Part shown: positions 9,203 to 20,302 of the stretch, in pieces
How the letters are laid out: each line of letters starts with the position of its first letter
Position numbering within the stretch: position 1 is the first letter of the stretch
Origin: a virus
IMG/VR virus record: IMGVR_UViG_3300045747_000182
Span: 116-64,115 of that record
Length of the DNA stretch: 64,000 nucleotides
Strand: one strand, 5' to 3'
The notes under the pieces: model-generated
Databases searched by the model: none
The model's input: only the letters and a program-made list of their open reading frames with translations
Told to the model about the DNA's origin: nothing
Program-made: the position numbers and the translations under genes

Positions 9203-9685
9203 ATGAAGAATTTAAAGATACAAGTCTCAGCGATACCCCCGATCGAAAAGGACATTAAGAAACTTCTTCTTGATATCCTTAACGACTACTGTAAACGGTT
9301 TAATGTTACATGCACAACAAATAAAACCGAAATACACATCTCGTTTATTAACTATGAGGAGTATATATCTTCAGGCCTTGCTACTCACGCGCCTGACTAT
9401 AACAAAATTATGGTTCAGATTGGTGACCCATTCCTGACAAGCGTAAACAGTGATGACTTTTCTGTTGAACCTAACAGTTACACTCTTACGACCTTCATCT
9501 GCACTATATGTCACGAACTCGTACATGTATGTCAATACCTGACAGGTCGTAAGGGTTCAGCACTAAAGGGTAACCACAACAAAGACGACCCCATCGAAGG
9601 TTACTACTTCGATCCTGCAGAAGTTGAGGCCAGAGCCTTGGAAAGCTTTTACAGAGCAAAATACGGACAAAAATTATATGACTAA
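9203..9685 (+). CDS. Putative zinc metallopeptidase-like protein
   Basis: HELVH motif and downstream EVEA. Confidence 0.55.
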   Translation: MKNLKIQVSAIPPIEKDIKKLLLDILNDYCKRFNVTCTTNKTEIHISFINYEEYISSGLATHAPDYNKIMVQIGDPFLTSVNSDDFSVEPNSYTLTTFICTICHELVHVCQYLTGRKGSALKGNHNKDDPIEGYYFDPAEVEARALESFYRAKYGQKLYD

Positions 9686-11528
9686 AAGGTATGTCTTCGA
9701 CATTGAGACCAATGGTTTCATGCCAGAAGTTAATAAGTGCTGGATGATTGTCATCCTAGATGTAGATACAGGTGAAGTGTTTACATATGTTTCCAAGACA
9801 GGAGACATGTGCAAAGAACTCTACAACGGTATGATGAAGTTGTATGAGGCAGACATCCTTATCGGTCACAACATAATCGGTTATGATTTGGTTGTGCTCA
9901 AACACTTGTTCGACTGGGCTCCTATGGCGCAACAACGCATCATGGATACCTACGTGTTGTCTCAGCTGATACAGTACCAGCGAAACCACAAACATAGCCT
10001 TGAGGGTTGGGGTACAGCGCTAGGATATCCTAAGCTGGAGTTCAAAGAGTTCGATAAGTACAGTAATGAGATGCTCACGTACTGTATCCGAGACGTCCAG
10101 CTGAATACTAAGGTATATTTAGACCTACAAGAAGACGGTACCCGTATCATCAAGCGTAATCCACTATTCATCAAAGGTATCTCTGTTGAAATGGAATTCG
10201 CCAAGATCGAAGCAGACATCCGGTCTAAGGGCTGGTGCTTTGATATGGAAACAGCTCTTAAACTACAGGAACATTTAAGTGAACGACTTGCGAAGTCCGA
10301 GGCCTATCTCGAGCCTCTTATTGGAATGCGTTGTATTCCCAAAGATGGAAGAGATGACTACAAGGAACCTGCTTGGCGTAAAGACGGCTGCTACACTGTC
10401 AATACAGTCAAGTGGTTTGACATTCCAATTGAGTCAGGACGACCTTCTCGTACTGGAAGACCTATTGAAGGCCCGTACTGCCGAGTGTCATTCGAGCAGG
10501 GCAAGGTCTCATCTATTGAAGTGGTCAAAAATTATCTCTACAGTATTGGATGGGAACCCGATGAATGGAATTGGGAACGTATTAAAGGAGTAATGCTCAA
10601 GAAAGGACCAAAGCTTACTGAAACAAGCTTACTACCCTTGGGTGAATCAGGAAGGTTAATCAATGAATACTACACAGTACGCTCGCGGCGAGACATCCTT
10701 AAAGGGTGGATTGAAGCAGCTCAAAAAGATGGTCGGCTACATGGTCGTATGTGGACTATTGGTACCCCTACATTCCGATGCCGCCATGAGGTGGTCGCGA
10801 ACATGCCGAGTGTTGACACCGAATACGGTAAGGAGATGCGTGCGCTTCTTAAATGCGAAGAGGGATTTACCATCGTGGGTGCTGACTCCGCTGGTAATCA
10901 GATGCGAGGACTCTGTCACTATATTGGAAACGAAGACTTTACGAACGAGGTAATCAATGGAGACGTCCACCAACGAAATGCCAATGCGCTGGGTGTTACT
11001 CGCAAACTTGCTAAACCCTTCTTGTACGCGTTTCTTTTCGGCGGGGGCGCTGGTAAGTTGGGCCTCATCCTTTCCGGAAAGCGTGATGCAGCCTTGGGAC
11101 AGTCTGCAATCGAAAAGTTTCAAGACTCAATTCCCGGACTTAAAGAACTCAGAGAGTCCCTTGAAGCGCAGTTCTCTAAAACCTCTGAGGCCTTTGGCAG
11201 CAAGAACGCCTTCATCAGAGGTATCGACGGGCGAACCATCTTTGTAAGCAGCAAGCATCAAGTACTGAACTACCTGTTGCAGACCCTTGAAGGTATTACA
11301 TGCAAGGCAGCTATTGTATGGATGAAAAAGGAGTTAATCAAGCGTGGTATTCCTCATTATTTCGCTCTTCATTATCATGATGAGTTTGCAGTGGTCGTAC
11401 CAGATGAGTACGCAGAAGAAGTTAGACTCTTGTCTATTGATTCTTTCACAGAAGCACCAAAAGACTTTGGAGTAACATGTATGAACGGAGACGCTCATAC
11501 GGGGAAGAACTATGCGGAGGTACACTGA
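9678..11528 (+). CDS. Family A DNA polymerase (T7-like, with 3'-5' exonuclease)
   Basis: Exo I DIETNG, Exo II GHNIIGYD, Exo III YCIRD; motif A GADSAGNQMR, B RKLAKPFLYAFLFG, C HYHDEF. Confidence 0.95.
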   Translation: MTKRYVFDIETNGFMPEVNKCWMIVILDVDTGEVFTYVSKTGDMCKELYNGMMKLYEADILIGHNIIGYDLVVLKHLFDWAPMAQQRIMDTYVLSQLIQYQRNHKHSLEGWGTALGYPKLEFKEFDKYSNEMLTYCIRDVQLNTKVYLDLQEDGTRIIKRNPLFIKGISVEMEFAKIEADIRSKGWCFDMETALKLQEHLSERLAKSEAYLEPLIGMRCIPKDGRDDYKEPAWRKDGCYTVNTVKWFDIPIESGRPSRTGRPIEGPYCRVSFEQGKVSSIEVVKNYLYSIGWEPDEWNWERIKGVMLKKGPKLTETSLLPLGESGRLINEYYTVRSRRDILKGWIEAAQKDGRLHGRMWTIGTPTFRCRHEVVANMPSVDTEYGKEMRALLKCEEGFTIVGADSAGNQMRGLCHYIGNEDFTNEVINGDVHQRNANALGVTRKLAKPFLYAFLFGGGAGKLGLILSGKRDAALGQSAIEKFQDSIPGLKELRESLEAQFSKTSEAFGSKNAFIRGIDGRTIFVSSKHQVLNYLLQTLEGITCKAAIVWMKKELIKRGIPHYFALHYHDEFAVVVPDEYAEEVRLLSIDSFTEAPKDFGVTCMNGDAHTGKNYAEVH

Positions 11529-11678
11529 TGAGTCTGGCCTGTATACCTTGGTGGGTCTACGATCTGGAATACCAGTATCATCTTGCCAAACAATCTGGCT
11601 GCATGGAATCCGAGTGGGTTCCTGAATGGAGCATTGCTATTGATGCTTACAACTACCGTAACTTAACGTACTTTAAAT

Positions 11679-12494
11679 ATGACAACTCAACTACTTATAA
11701 TTGATGCAGACAGTATCATCTACCAGATTGCCTACACGCAACCCTCAGTAGCCCTTGGCAAGCGGGAATTCGATCAATACATTGACAAGATTATCTTTGC
11801 TAATGAGCCGGAGAACACAATCATCTTTATTAAGGGTGACAAGAACTTTCGTATTGACTACGAGCCAACCTACAAAGGTAATCGTAAGGATAACATCGAA
11901 CCGGAAGTAAAAGAAAGAATTGTGGAACTGTATGAACATGCCAAGAATTATTGTGCAGAAGCTGATAACGCTGAAGCAGATGACTACGTCTGCTTTACAG
12001 CAAACAATGCTATCCGCGATGGGGTTACTTTTGTTGTCTCTCATATTGACAAGGATCTTAATTGTATTCCTGGCAAGCATCATAACTTTAGAACCGGTCT
12101 GTTTACTGATATTCCTTATGCAACCGCTTATAGGTTCCAGATGGAACAACTCCTACAAGGTGACGCGACAGACAATATTAAAGGTATCAAAGGCGTGGGA
12201 CCAAAGACAGCTACTAAACTACTGATAGAAGCTAAGGATGAGGATCTCTGGGAGGAAGTCTGTCGGGTATGGGAACTTAAGGTAGGTCGTGAATGGAAAG
12301 AACAGTTTGTGATTTGCGCTAATCTCATCTACATGAGAGAGTCACCCGACGACCTCCGTCCATTATCGTTTGAAGAACTAAAAGAAAGGTTAGAATGGAA
12401 GACTACGGACACTGGATCGCTCTCAGTCCAAGACCTGAAGGAAGCTTCGGCTTCGTTTATGCCATCTTTGGGCCAACCGGAAGACAATACATAG
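11679..12494 (+). CDS. 5'-3' exonuclease / RNase H (T7 gp6-like)
   Basis: IIDADS, EADD, DKDL, GDATDNIKGIKGVGPKTA. Confidence 0.9.
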   Translation: MTTQLLIIDADSIIYQIAYTQPSVALGKREFDQYIDKIIFANEPENTIIFIKGDKNFRIDYEPTYKGNRKDNIEPEVKERIVELYEHAKNYCAEADNAEADDYVCFTANNAIRDGVTFVVSHIDKDLNCIPGKHHNFRTGLFTDIPYATAYRFQMEQLLQGDATDNIKGIKGVGPKTATKLLIEAKDEDLWEEVCRVWELKVGREWKEQFVICANLIYMRESPDDLRPLSFEELKERLEWKTTDTGSLSVQDLKEASASFMPSLGQPEDNT

Positions 12495-12811
12495 GGAGAA
12501 AACAACTTGTTTCAATTTCAAAACGACTCGTCGCCGGATCTAAGCGACGAAGGGTTACTCGAAGAGAGAGTGACTGGAGATCATATACATCCTCCTGCAG
12601 GGAACTCCTTGATGATATTGAGTTGTACGGACTTGGATCATTTACTTTTGTTATATACAAATGGTGCTTCGGCGCAGGAGATCTCACATATAGCGAGGTC
12701 CAAGAGCAGTGGCAATCAGAGGTCTTATCAAGAGATGAGACGCCTGATGGGGAACGTCTTTGGTACAACGGGAACATCGGCGCGGTTAAATTCCTTAAGC
12801 CCCGAGTATAA
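12395..12811 (+). CDS. GIY-YIG-like nuclease domain protein
   Basis: FGFVYAI...QYIGRK...W.SY.SS...E...YNGNI. Confidence 0.65.
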   Translation: MEDYGHWIALSPRPEGSFGFVYAIFGPTGRQYIGRKQLVSISKRLVAGSKRRRVTRRESDWRSYTSSCRELLDDIELYGLGSFTFVIYKWCFGAGDLTYSEVQEQWQSEVLSRDETPDGERLWYNGNIGAVKFLKPRV

Positions 12812-13161
12812 TACAACATTAGCTTTTACAGATGACTAAGAAACAAACACCTAAGCCAGAAATCCTTGAGGAATATGTCAAGGTAAAAGATGAATTCAAA
12901 GAACAATGGGAGCGTAAAAAGCAAACCCAACGTGACGCCAAACAACGTCGTAATTTTGTACGTGAAATGAAAGAAGACCGTGACTACTCTTAATCGATTC
13001 ATTGAAGTTATCCACCCATGTGGCCGTGAAGGTATCATGCTTAACACAGCTCATATTGTGCATGTAGAACCACACCATGCCAAAGGAAGTCTGATCATGA
13101 TGGCAGGCGGTATCAAGCTTGTGACGCCCACAGAGTACATTACTATCTTCGAGGAATTACA

Positions 13162-14763
13162 ATGAGCAGGTGGATCCACTCACCATGCCCTAAGTGTGGA
13201 TCCTCTGATGCGTTCTCCTACAAAGAGGACGATGAATGGGGTTATTGCTTTAGCTGCACTAAAAATAGCCCTGTAGACCCCAACTCAATTAAAGTATTTA
13301 AAGAGAACTACGATATGCATACACTAGAAGAGATCGATTCATATGACACTCGCGGATTCCAAGAACGTGACATCAAAAAGATTGTCGCTAAGCATTACGG
13401 TGTTAAAGTATCTTATGGTGAGGACGGTACTATTGCCAGTCACTTTTATCCTTATACTAAAGATAACCAGATCGTTGCGTACAAGGAGCGTAAACTTCCT
13501 AAGTCTTTCGTTATCCATGGAGAATTCAAAGGCATACAACTCTTTGGTCAGAACGCTGCATCAGGTGGAAAACGAATTGTCATCACAGAAGGTGAACTGG
13601 ACTGTCTCGCCGTGGCTCAAGCTCAACACGACAAGTATGGCAGGTTCTATCCAGTGGTGGCCATACCTTCAGCGTCGAACACAAAGATGCTCCTTGAACA
13701 ACGAGAGTTCCTGAGATCATTCGATGAAGTCGTCTTAATGTTTGACATGGATGAGCCCGGACAGAAGGCCACTCAGGATGCTGCTCGAATTATCGGCTTC
13801 GATAAGGTTAAGGTTGCAGACCTCCCCGAGAAAGACCCATGTGAGGTGCTCATCAAGAATGGTTCTGAAGCATTGATGATGTGCGTGTTTAACGCCCGTA
13901 CATTTAGCCCTGCAGGTGTAGTCAAAGGTGAAGAAGTGTGGGCACAGTATCTACGCCGGAAGAACACCGAGAGTCTCCCATATCCGGACTGTCTTGCCGG
14001 ACTAAACGACAAACTACAGGGTATGCGTGAAGGTGAAATTGCTCTGTTTACCTCCGGTACAGGCTCCGGTAAGAGTACTGTCATCAAAGAGATTGTCATG
14101 CAGGTGCTCGACAAAACAGAGTCCATGGTAGGTATGGTATCCCTTGAAGAATCTGTAGGTGACACCGCACAAAAGTTCATTGGGATGAAACTCAATAAGA
14201 ACCTTTCAACCGAAGATGTAGGAGAAGAGGAACAATATGCAGCATTTCAAAGCGTGTTTGGAGATGAACGACTCATTCTGCTTGATCATCAAGGATCTGT
14301 TAGCGATGAATCGCTCATTGATAAACTGGAACACTTGGCTCTTATGGGTTGTAAGTATATTATCCTTGATCATATTACTATTGCTGTCAGTGAAGGTATG
14401 AATGGCAAGACAGGTAATGAAGCAGTAGATGCATTCATGAGTGACCTGCTCAAGATCGTCAAGAAGCATAACATATGGCTTGGTGTTGTGTCTCACCTGC
14501 GTAAAGGCGATAAGAAAGTTTTTGAAGAGGGTGACCTACCTTCTATCGATGACATCAAAGGTAGTGGCTCCATCAAGCAGATTTCTTTTGACATCATTGC
14601 TTTTGCTCGTAATATGATTGCTGAGACAGTCCAAATGCGGAACACCATCAAGCTTCGTGTACTGAAGTGTCGCTTTACTGGTCTGACCGGAGACTGCGGC
14701 AGTACATGTTATAATCCTGAGACGGGACGTCTGTATAAACCGACTTTTGTAGACTTCGAATAA
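13162..14763 (+). CDS. DNA primase-helicase (T7 gp4-like)
   Basis: N-terminal CPKC/CFSC zinc finger, TOPRIM ITEGELD / MFDMD, Walker A GTGSGKST, IILDHI, VSHLRK. Confidence 0.95.
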   Translation: MSRWIHSPCPKCGSSDAFSYKEDDEWGYCFSCTKNSPVDPNSIKVFKENYDMHTLEEIDSYDTRGFQERDIKKIVAKHYGVKVSYGEDGTIASHFYPYTKDNQIVAYKERKLPKSFVIHGEFKGIQLFGQNAASGGKRIVITEGELDCLAVAQAQHDKYGRFYPVVAIPSASNTKMLLEQREFLRSFDEVVLMFDMDEPGQKATQDAARIIGFDKVKVADLPEKDPCEVLIKNGSEALMMCVFNARTFSPAGVVKGEEVWAQYLRRKNTESLPYPDCLAGLNDKLQGMREGEIALFTSGTGSGKSTVIKEIVMQVLDKTESMVGMVSLEESVGDTAQKFIGMKLNKNLSTEDVGEEEQYAAFQSVFGDERLILLDHQGSVSDESLIDKLEHLALMGCKYIILDHITIAVSEGMNGKTGNEAVDAFMSDLLKIVKKHNIWLGVVSHLRKGDKKVFEEGDLPSIDDIKGSGSIKQISFDIIAFARNMIAETVQMRNTIKLRVLKCRFTGLTGDCGSTCYNPETGRLYKPTFVDFE

Positions 14764-14770
14764 GGAAAAT

Positions 14771-16984
14771 ATGAATCCACTAGACTATCTCACGGCACGA
14801 GTTGAGAAAGTAGTAGTCAACTCCGACAAGATTTACAACGAGGGTGCTCGCCTTCTGGCACACTATCCAACATGGGAATACGAACTTGAACGCTTTATTA
14901 ATGAAAGTTGGGATACTCTCCTACGATACTGTATACGAAACAAAAATGCTAAGTTTACTGCAACCGTCAAACTTACCTTTGCTAGTGACCTCATTGGCAA
15001 ACGGGTGGTTAGGGCTATTGGTGGTGATGAATCAGACATTAAGTCTACTCTTGCCATCGGTGATCTCCTCCTTGAAACGTTTCTTCAGGATGGTCTAATT
15101 GATATCTTCAGGGAATACAATGGGATCAAGGCTCCCTACATGGTACGGATTGTCAATCAGACATGTGATATTAAGCCCACACTTATTGGCACCGTCTTTG
15201 AGCCTCCGTTACCCATCACAGGATTGTTCAGTGGAATTACCAAAGAACCCTTTATCAAAGGCTGGACCAACGGTAAACTGTTTTACGACTACCTCGACAG
15301 ACCCTTTGTTAAGGCACTTGAGACGCTTAGACAGCAGCCTTGGGCTCTCAACAACCCTCTCCTAACTGCTATTCAAAGCAATCCACCACCAGAAACTCTT
15401 GCTCTGGTAGACGCCGATGGTGAAATCCATGAGTGGAATATCCACCATGAGAACCTGCACCTGCCCAAGAAGCTTACTCATACAGATAGTACTGCTTTTG
15501 CCGGAAAGAAAGATCCCAAGCTACAGCGTCTGGTAAGTAAGTACTTTGAGTATGTTCAGGTAGTACGCAAAGCGGAGTTGGTACAGTCACAAGGGTACCC
15601 ATTCTACCAAGAAGTCAGCTGTGACTACCGTGGCCGGATATACTATGCAGAATCCTTTCTGGAATTCCAAGGTAGTGACTTGGCCCGTAGTCTGTTCTTG
15701 TTTCATAACAAGAAGGTGGTTGATCAGCGTGGCTTCTACTGGCTATGTATTCATGCAGCCAGTTGCTTTAATCGATCCTTCACTATTGAAGATCTTCGTT
15801 TGGTAAAGTACTTCGAGACAGACTACATAAACTATCTGCAGAAGGAAGGTCTTGACACTATATCCGTGGATAAGATGACACTCGATGACCGCTACAAATG
15901 GGTCATCCACAATATGGATATGGTCAAGGATGTCTCAGCCCGTAAACTAATCATGGACTACGCGGAAAAACCCTATAGCTTCCTTGCTGTATGTATGGAG
16001 ATCACAAAATACTATGACTGCAAGAAAGCAGGTATCCCTTGCTTGAGTGGCTTTCCAGTACCTATTGATGGCAGTAATAACGGCTGGCAACATCTGGCAG
16101 CTATGAGTAAGGATGCTCAAGCAGGTGAACTTGTTTCTCTGACTAACACACCTATTCAAAAAGACTTCTACGTGGCTGTAGCAAAAGAGCTTATCACTCT
16201 GATGCCTGAATGGTTCTCCGAAAAGAAAATCCCCATGAAGCATATCCGTAAGGGTATCGCTAAACGGGGGTCTATGACTCGGGCCTACTCAGCCGGACGT
16301 AATCGTATTGCAAAGAACATGTACGATGACTGCCATATGGAAGGGTTTACTGTTAAATACGGTATTGATGAGAATACCTGCGGTGAACTGGCAAAGAACC
16401 TTATTGAGGCAATCAATGCTGTCTGTGCCGGACCTCTTCAAACAACCAAATACTTACAAAAGATTGCTGAGCATGAGCTTAATAACAGTCGCAACTCTTT
16501 ATCTTGGCATACTCCAAGCGGATTTCCTGTCGTTTATAAGGCCTTTTTACAGCACGAACGTAAACAACGAGGTACTATCAAGGGTATCGACGGGAACAAA
16601 GATGGGAGAGTAATGCATGTACTTAAAGTTGATGTCCTTAATCAAGAGACTGGCGAAAAGGTGCCATGCCGTAGAAGTTTTGCAAGTGGTATCAGTCCTA
16701 ATGTTGTACACAGCTATGACGCAGCCCACATGGCAAATACAATCGTCGCTTTTAACGGCAGTTTCGCTGCTGTCCATGATTCATTCTCAGTACACGCATC
16801 GGAAGTTGACTTCCTACAAGACGTAACTAAAATGACGTTCATCGCGCAATACGATGTGGACAACTTCTTTGATATCCTGATGGATACTTTGATGCTGCAT
16901 AAGGATACTTTCATGTTCCCTAAACCTGAAACAGGTAACTTAAACCTGAAGGAAGTCAACGAGAGTAAATACTTCTTTTGCTGA
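14771..16984 (+). CDS. Single-subunit T7-type DNA-dependent RNA polymerase
   Basis: CDYRGRIY, motif A PIDGSNNG, motif B KGIAKRGSMTRAYS, PNVVHSYD, motif C VHDSF. Confidence 0.95.
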   Translation: MNPLDYLTARVEKVVVNSDKIYNEGARLLAHYPTWEYELERFINESWDTLLRYCIRNKNAKFTATVKLTFASDLIGKRVVRAIGGDESDIKSTLAIGDLLLETFLQDGLIDIFREYNGIKAPYMVRIVNQTCDIKPTLIGTVFEPPLPITGLFSGITKEPFIKGWTNGKLFYDYLDRPFVKALETLRQQPWALNNPLLTAIQSNPPPETLALVDADGEIHEWNIHHENLHLPKKLTHTDSTAFAGKKDPKLQRLVSKYFEYVQVVRKAELVQSQGYPFYQEVSCDYRGRIYYAESFLEFQGSDLARSLFLFHNKKVVDQRGFYWLCIHAASCFNRSFTIEDLRLVKYFETDYINYLQKEGLDTISVDKMTLDDRYKWVIHNMDMVKDVSARKLIMDYAEKPYSFLAVCMEITKYYDCKKAGIPCLSGFPVPIDGSNNGWQHLAAMSKDAQAGELVSLTNTPIQKDFYVAVAKELITLMPEWFSEKKIPMKHIRKGIAKRGSMTRAYSAGRNRIAKNMYDDCHMEGFTVKYGIDENTCGELAKNLIEAINAVCAGPLQTTKYLQKIAEHELNNSRNSLSWHTPSGFPVVYKAFLQHERKQRGTIKGIDGNKDGRVMHVLKVDVLNQETGEKVPCRRSFASGISPNVVHSYDAAHMANTIVAFNGSFAAVHDSFSVHASEVDFLQDVTKMTFIAQYDVDNFFDILMDTLMLHKDTFMFPKPETGNLNLKEVNESKYFFC

Positions 16985-17031
16985 TGATTACCTTTCTTAT
17001 CCTCTTAACTCTTTGGTTGATCGTACTCCAG

Positions 17032-17049
17032 TAGACGGAACCTAATAAG
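17032..17049 (+). promoter_or_regulatory. Candidate phage RNAP promoter
   Basis: Intergenic TAGACGGAACCTAATAAG matching copies at 55411, 59632, 60147. Confidence 0.6.
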
Positions 17050-17063
17050 AAACACATGAAAGG

Positions 17064-17636
17064 ATGTATATGAACTACGTTGTGTACAGCCATCATAGGT
17101 TAACTGATTGGGGTACTTTCTATATTGGTCAAGGTAAAAACCGAAAAAGAGCATACAGCAAAAGTAACCGTAACAAACACTGGATAAACACAGTAAATAA
17201 ATATGGTTATTTTATTATTGTAAGAGCCACCAATCTAACTAAGGAACAGGCCAACCAACTTGAAATATCTTTAATAAAGCAATACGGCAGAAAAGATAAA
17301 CAAGAAGGCCGCTTAGTTAACCAAACGGATGGCGGTGAAGGTAATACCAGACTCACAAACAGTCAAAAAAAAGCCATACAAAAGTCAAACAGCACCAGGA
17401 AAGTAACAGAGGAAACTAAACGAAAAATCTCTGAATCTTTAAAAGGTAAATGTTTATCTGAAGAAACCAAAAACAAGATGTCAATGCTCCGAAAAGGAAT
17501 TTGTCATTCAGAAGAACACAAATATAAACTAGCACTTGCAAACAAGCTACGATTTAATAAAATAACTTTACAGGAATATAATGAACTCTTATCAATCCAT
17601 AATCGCGAAAAGCCGCTACGCCCGTTATCTCCCTGA
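17064..17636 (+). mobile_element. Free-standing GIY-YIG homing endonuclease with NUMOD3-like repeats
   Basis: VVY...[23 protein letters not shown]; repeats [29 protein letters not shown]; A-rich; overlaps RNR start. Confidence 0.75.
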
Positions 17637-19455
17637 AGAAAGTCGTCGAGAGGATTGGCCTGAAACGTCAGCCCGTTGGATTGAATTCTTTAAAGAAAAA
17701 TTGTCAGACAAAATTGCAGTAAACGATTCTATTTGGGATATCTTAGGTACAAGTATTACCAACCTAGAAACTCTACCATCTATGCGTTCAATCATGACTG
17801 CTGGGCCTGCGCTTACTCGCACAAACGTAGCAGCTTATAACTGCGCATACCTAACTGTAGATCACCGTCGTGCGTTTGACGAGGCAGCGTACATTCTTCT
17901 GTGTGGCACTGGTGTCGGCTTCAGCTGTGAACAACGTTATGTTTCTAAATTGCCACCTATCCCTGTTATAAAAGAATACGATCGTACAATCGTTGTAGAA
18001 GATTCTAAGGAGGGTTGGTGTGAAGCATACAAATCACTCGTTAAGCACCTGTTCCTCGGCGAAATCCCTAAATGGGACGTATCAAAGGTACGTCCTGCAG
18101 GAGCACCACTCAAGACCTTCGGTGGGCGAGCATCAGGACCAGACCCTTTGTGTTCACTATTTGATTACACTGTTACAAAATTTAAGGCGGCACAGGGTCG
18201 CCAACTCAAGCCTATCGAGGCTCACGACATCATGTGTAAGATCGGAGAAGTCGTGGTGGTCGGTGGCGTTAGACGATCTGCAATGATTTCCTTGGGCGAT
18301 CTCGGAGACTATGACCATGCCACGGCTAAGTCAGGTGCTTGGTGGGAAACTCATGGTGAACGCGCACTGGCAAATAACTCTGCAGTGTACGACAGCAAAC
18401 CTTCTATCGGTGCATTCATGAAGGAATGGCTAGACATCTACAACAGTCACTCCGGTGAACGAGGAATCTTTAATCGTGAAGCAAGCCAAAAGCAAGCAGC
18501 TAAGTGGGGTCGTCGTGATGGTACCATCGACTATGGAACCAACCCTTGCAGCGAAATTATTCTCAAGCCCTATCAATTCTGTAATCTCAGTACCGTTGTT
18601 GTATCACCATACGATACATTGGACTCCCTTAAACACAAGGTTAGACTCGCTGCCATTATGGGAACTATGCAGTCAACCCTGACTGAGTTCCCTTATCTGC
18701 GGTCTATCTGGAAGAAGAATACTGAGCAAGAACGCTTGTTAGGTGTATCTATGACAGGTATCCTTGACAATCCAAACTTAAACCGTATGGATGATAATGG
18801 TAAATCTCTTAAATTTGTTCTTGAAACTCTTCGGGAAGTTGCTCGGCAAACAAATGAAGAGTGGGCAGAAATCCTTGGAATTAATCCTTCTGCAGCTATT
18901 ACTTGTGTGAAGCCTGAAGGTACTGTCTCTCAGCTTACTCAAACATCCAGTGGTATTCATGCCGGACACTCTCGGTATTACATTCGCCGTATTCGTCAGG
19001 ACATCAAAGACCCATTGACTCAATTCTTGATGGACCAAGGTGTTGCTTATGAACCCTGCGTTATGAAGCCGGATACTACTGTTGTGTTTAGTTTCCCTCA
19101 AGAAGCTAAAGGTAAAACCCGTAATGACCTTACTGCCATTGAACATCTTGAAATCTGGTTGGCATATCAGCGTAATTACTGCGAGCATAAGCCTTCAGTA
19201 ACTATCAGCATCAAGGACAATGAATGGCTGGAAGTAGGTGCATGGGTGTATGAGCACTTCGATGAATGTACTGGCATCAGCTTCTTACCTGACGACGGTG
19301 GTACATACCGCCAAGCCCCTTACGAAGAAATTGATGAAGATCAATTCAACCATATGACAATGCCCGTAATTGACTGGTCTCTCTTTCATGAAGACCGTGA
19401 TAACGTAGAAGGTGCTCAAATGCTTGCTTGCACTAGTGGCTCATGTGCAATCTAA
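17581..19455 (+). CDS. nrdJ: Class II (B12-dependent) ribonucleotide reductase
   Basis: [32 protein letters not shown]-terminal CTSGSC; no small subunit gene. Confidence 0.93.
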   Translation: MNSYQSIIAKSRYARYLPEESRREDWPETSARWIEFFKEKLSDKIAVNDSIWDILGTSITNLETLPSMRSIMTAGPALTRTNVAAYNCAYLTVDHRRAFDEAAYILLCGTGVGFSCEQRYVSKLPPIPVIKEYDRTIVVEDSKEGWCEAYKSLVKHLFLGEIPKWDVSKVRPAGAPLKTFGGRASGPDPLCSLFDYTVTKFKAAQGRQLKPIEAHDIMCKIGEVVVVGGVRRSAMISLGDLGDYDHATAKSGAWWETHGERALANNSAVYDSKPSIGAFMKEWLDIYNSHSGERGIFNREASQKQAAKWGRRDGTIDYGTNPCSEIILKPYQFCNLSTVVVSPYDTLDSLKHKVRLAAIMGTMQSTLTEFPYLRSIWKKNTEQERLLGVSMTGILDNPNLNRMDDNGKSLKFVLETLREVARQTNEEWAEILGINPSAAITCVKPEGTVSQLTQTSSGIHAGHSRYYIRRIRQDIKDPLTQFLMDQGVAYEPCVMKPDTTVVFSFPQEAKGKTRNDLTAIEHLEIWLAYQRNYCEHKPSVTISIKDNEWLEVGAWVYEHFDECTGISFLPDDGGTYRQAPYEEIDEDQFNHMTMPVIDWSLFHEDRDNVEGAQMLACTSGSCAI

Positions 19456-19466
19456 AGAAAGAACAA

Positions 19467-19736
19467 ATGAAAATTCTTAAGTTCAGTGGTGACTGGTGCC
19501 AACCCTGCAAGGCACTGCAAGCGGTACTCGAAGACGTTCTACCCTATGACTTCCCCGAAATTGATCTTGTCGAAGTTGATGTCAAGAAAGATCCTGACAT
19601 GACTCGTGAGTGGGGTATTCGATCGGTACCTACTCTTATTCTTATTGATAGTGACGATAACTGGTTGAAGACTTCTGTAGGCTTCATGGACAATGCCAAG
19701 CTTAAAGCATGGTTGACTAACCCAAACAAGGACTGA
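19467..19736 (+). CDS. Thioredoxin
   Basis: WCQPC active site, IRSVPTLI. Confidence 0.9.
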   Translation: MKILKFSGDWCQPCKALQAVLEDVLPYDFPEIDLVEVDVKKDPDMTREWGIRSVPTLILIDSDDNWLKTSVGFMDNAKLKAWLTNPNKD

Positions 19737-19871
19737 TATGTATTACAAAGAAATTGAATCTAACCGTGACAAGAAAGAAGCTCATGATAACGCAGCTAAA
19801 CGTACTGCAGGTGACCGTGCTCTGAAACGTCAGGACTATAACCGTAAAGCAAAGAAGGAGCAAGCAGCTAA

Positions 19872-20150
19872 ATGAACGAACTATTTGATTTTGGACAAGC
19901 AATCCATTCACTAAAAGCAGGTAACAAAGTTACTCGATCAGGGTGGAATGGAAAAGGTATGTTCTTGTTTCTAGTACAAGGGTCTACCTTTGAGGTATCT
20001 CGATCGCCATTGTTTGGTATCTATCCTGCAGGAACAGTTATCAATTACTGCCCTCACGTAGATATGCGTACTGCGGATGGCTCCATTGTGCCTTGGCTAG
20101 CGTCTCAATCAGACATCCTTGCAAATGACTGGATGGTAGTATATGGGTAA
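19872..20150 (+). CDS. DUF2829 family protein (Tad2-like anti-Thoeris sponge candidate)
   Basis: FGQAIHSLKAGNKVTRSGWNGKGMFL...PWLASQSDILANDW. Confidence 0.8.
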   Translation: MNELFDFGQAIHSLKAGNKVTRSGWNGKGMFLFLVQGSTFEVSRSPLFGIYPAGTVINYCPHVDMRTADGSIVPWLASQSDILANDWMVVYG

Positions 20151-20302
20151 AGGGTCTTCACGACGACCTACTGACACCAGTAAGTTTGACAACAACTATG
20201 AGGCTATCTTCGGTAAGAAGAAACCTGTGGAGACCCCTTCGCAGGAAGAGCTTGAGCAGAAGCATAATAACAGCTATGATGAATACTTAATGGAGGCAAC
20301 TC

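Noticed and set aside
3171-11528. 2-aminoadenine (Z) or deazaguanine genome
   Set aside because: No PurZ, HD-domain dATPase, DpdA or Que-pathway gene recognised; the diphosphohydrolase domain alone is insufficient.
17064-19455. Group I intron or intein in nrdJ
   Set aside because: The RNR frame is continuous with a normal N-terminus; the endonuclease is upstream.
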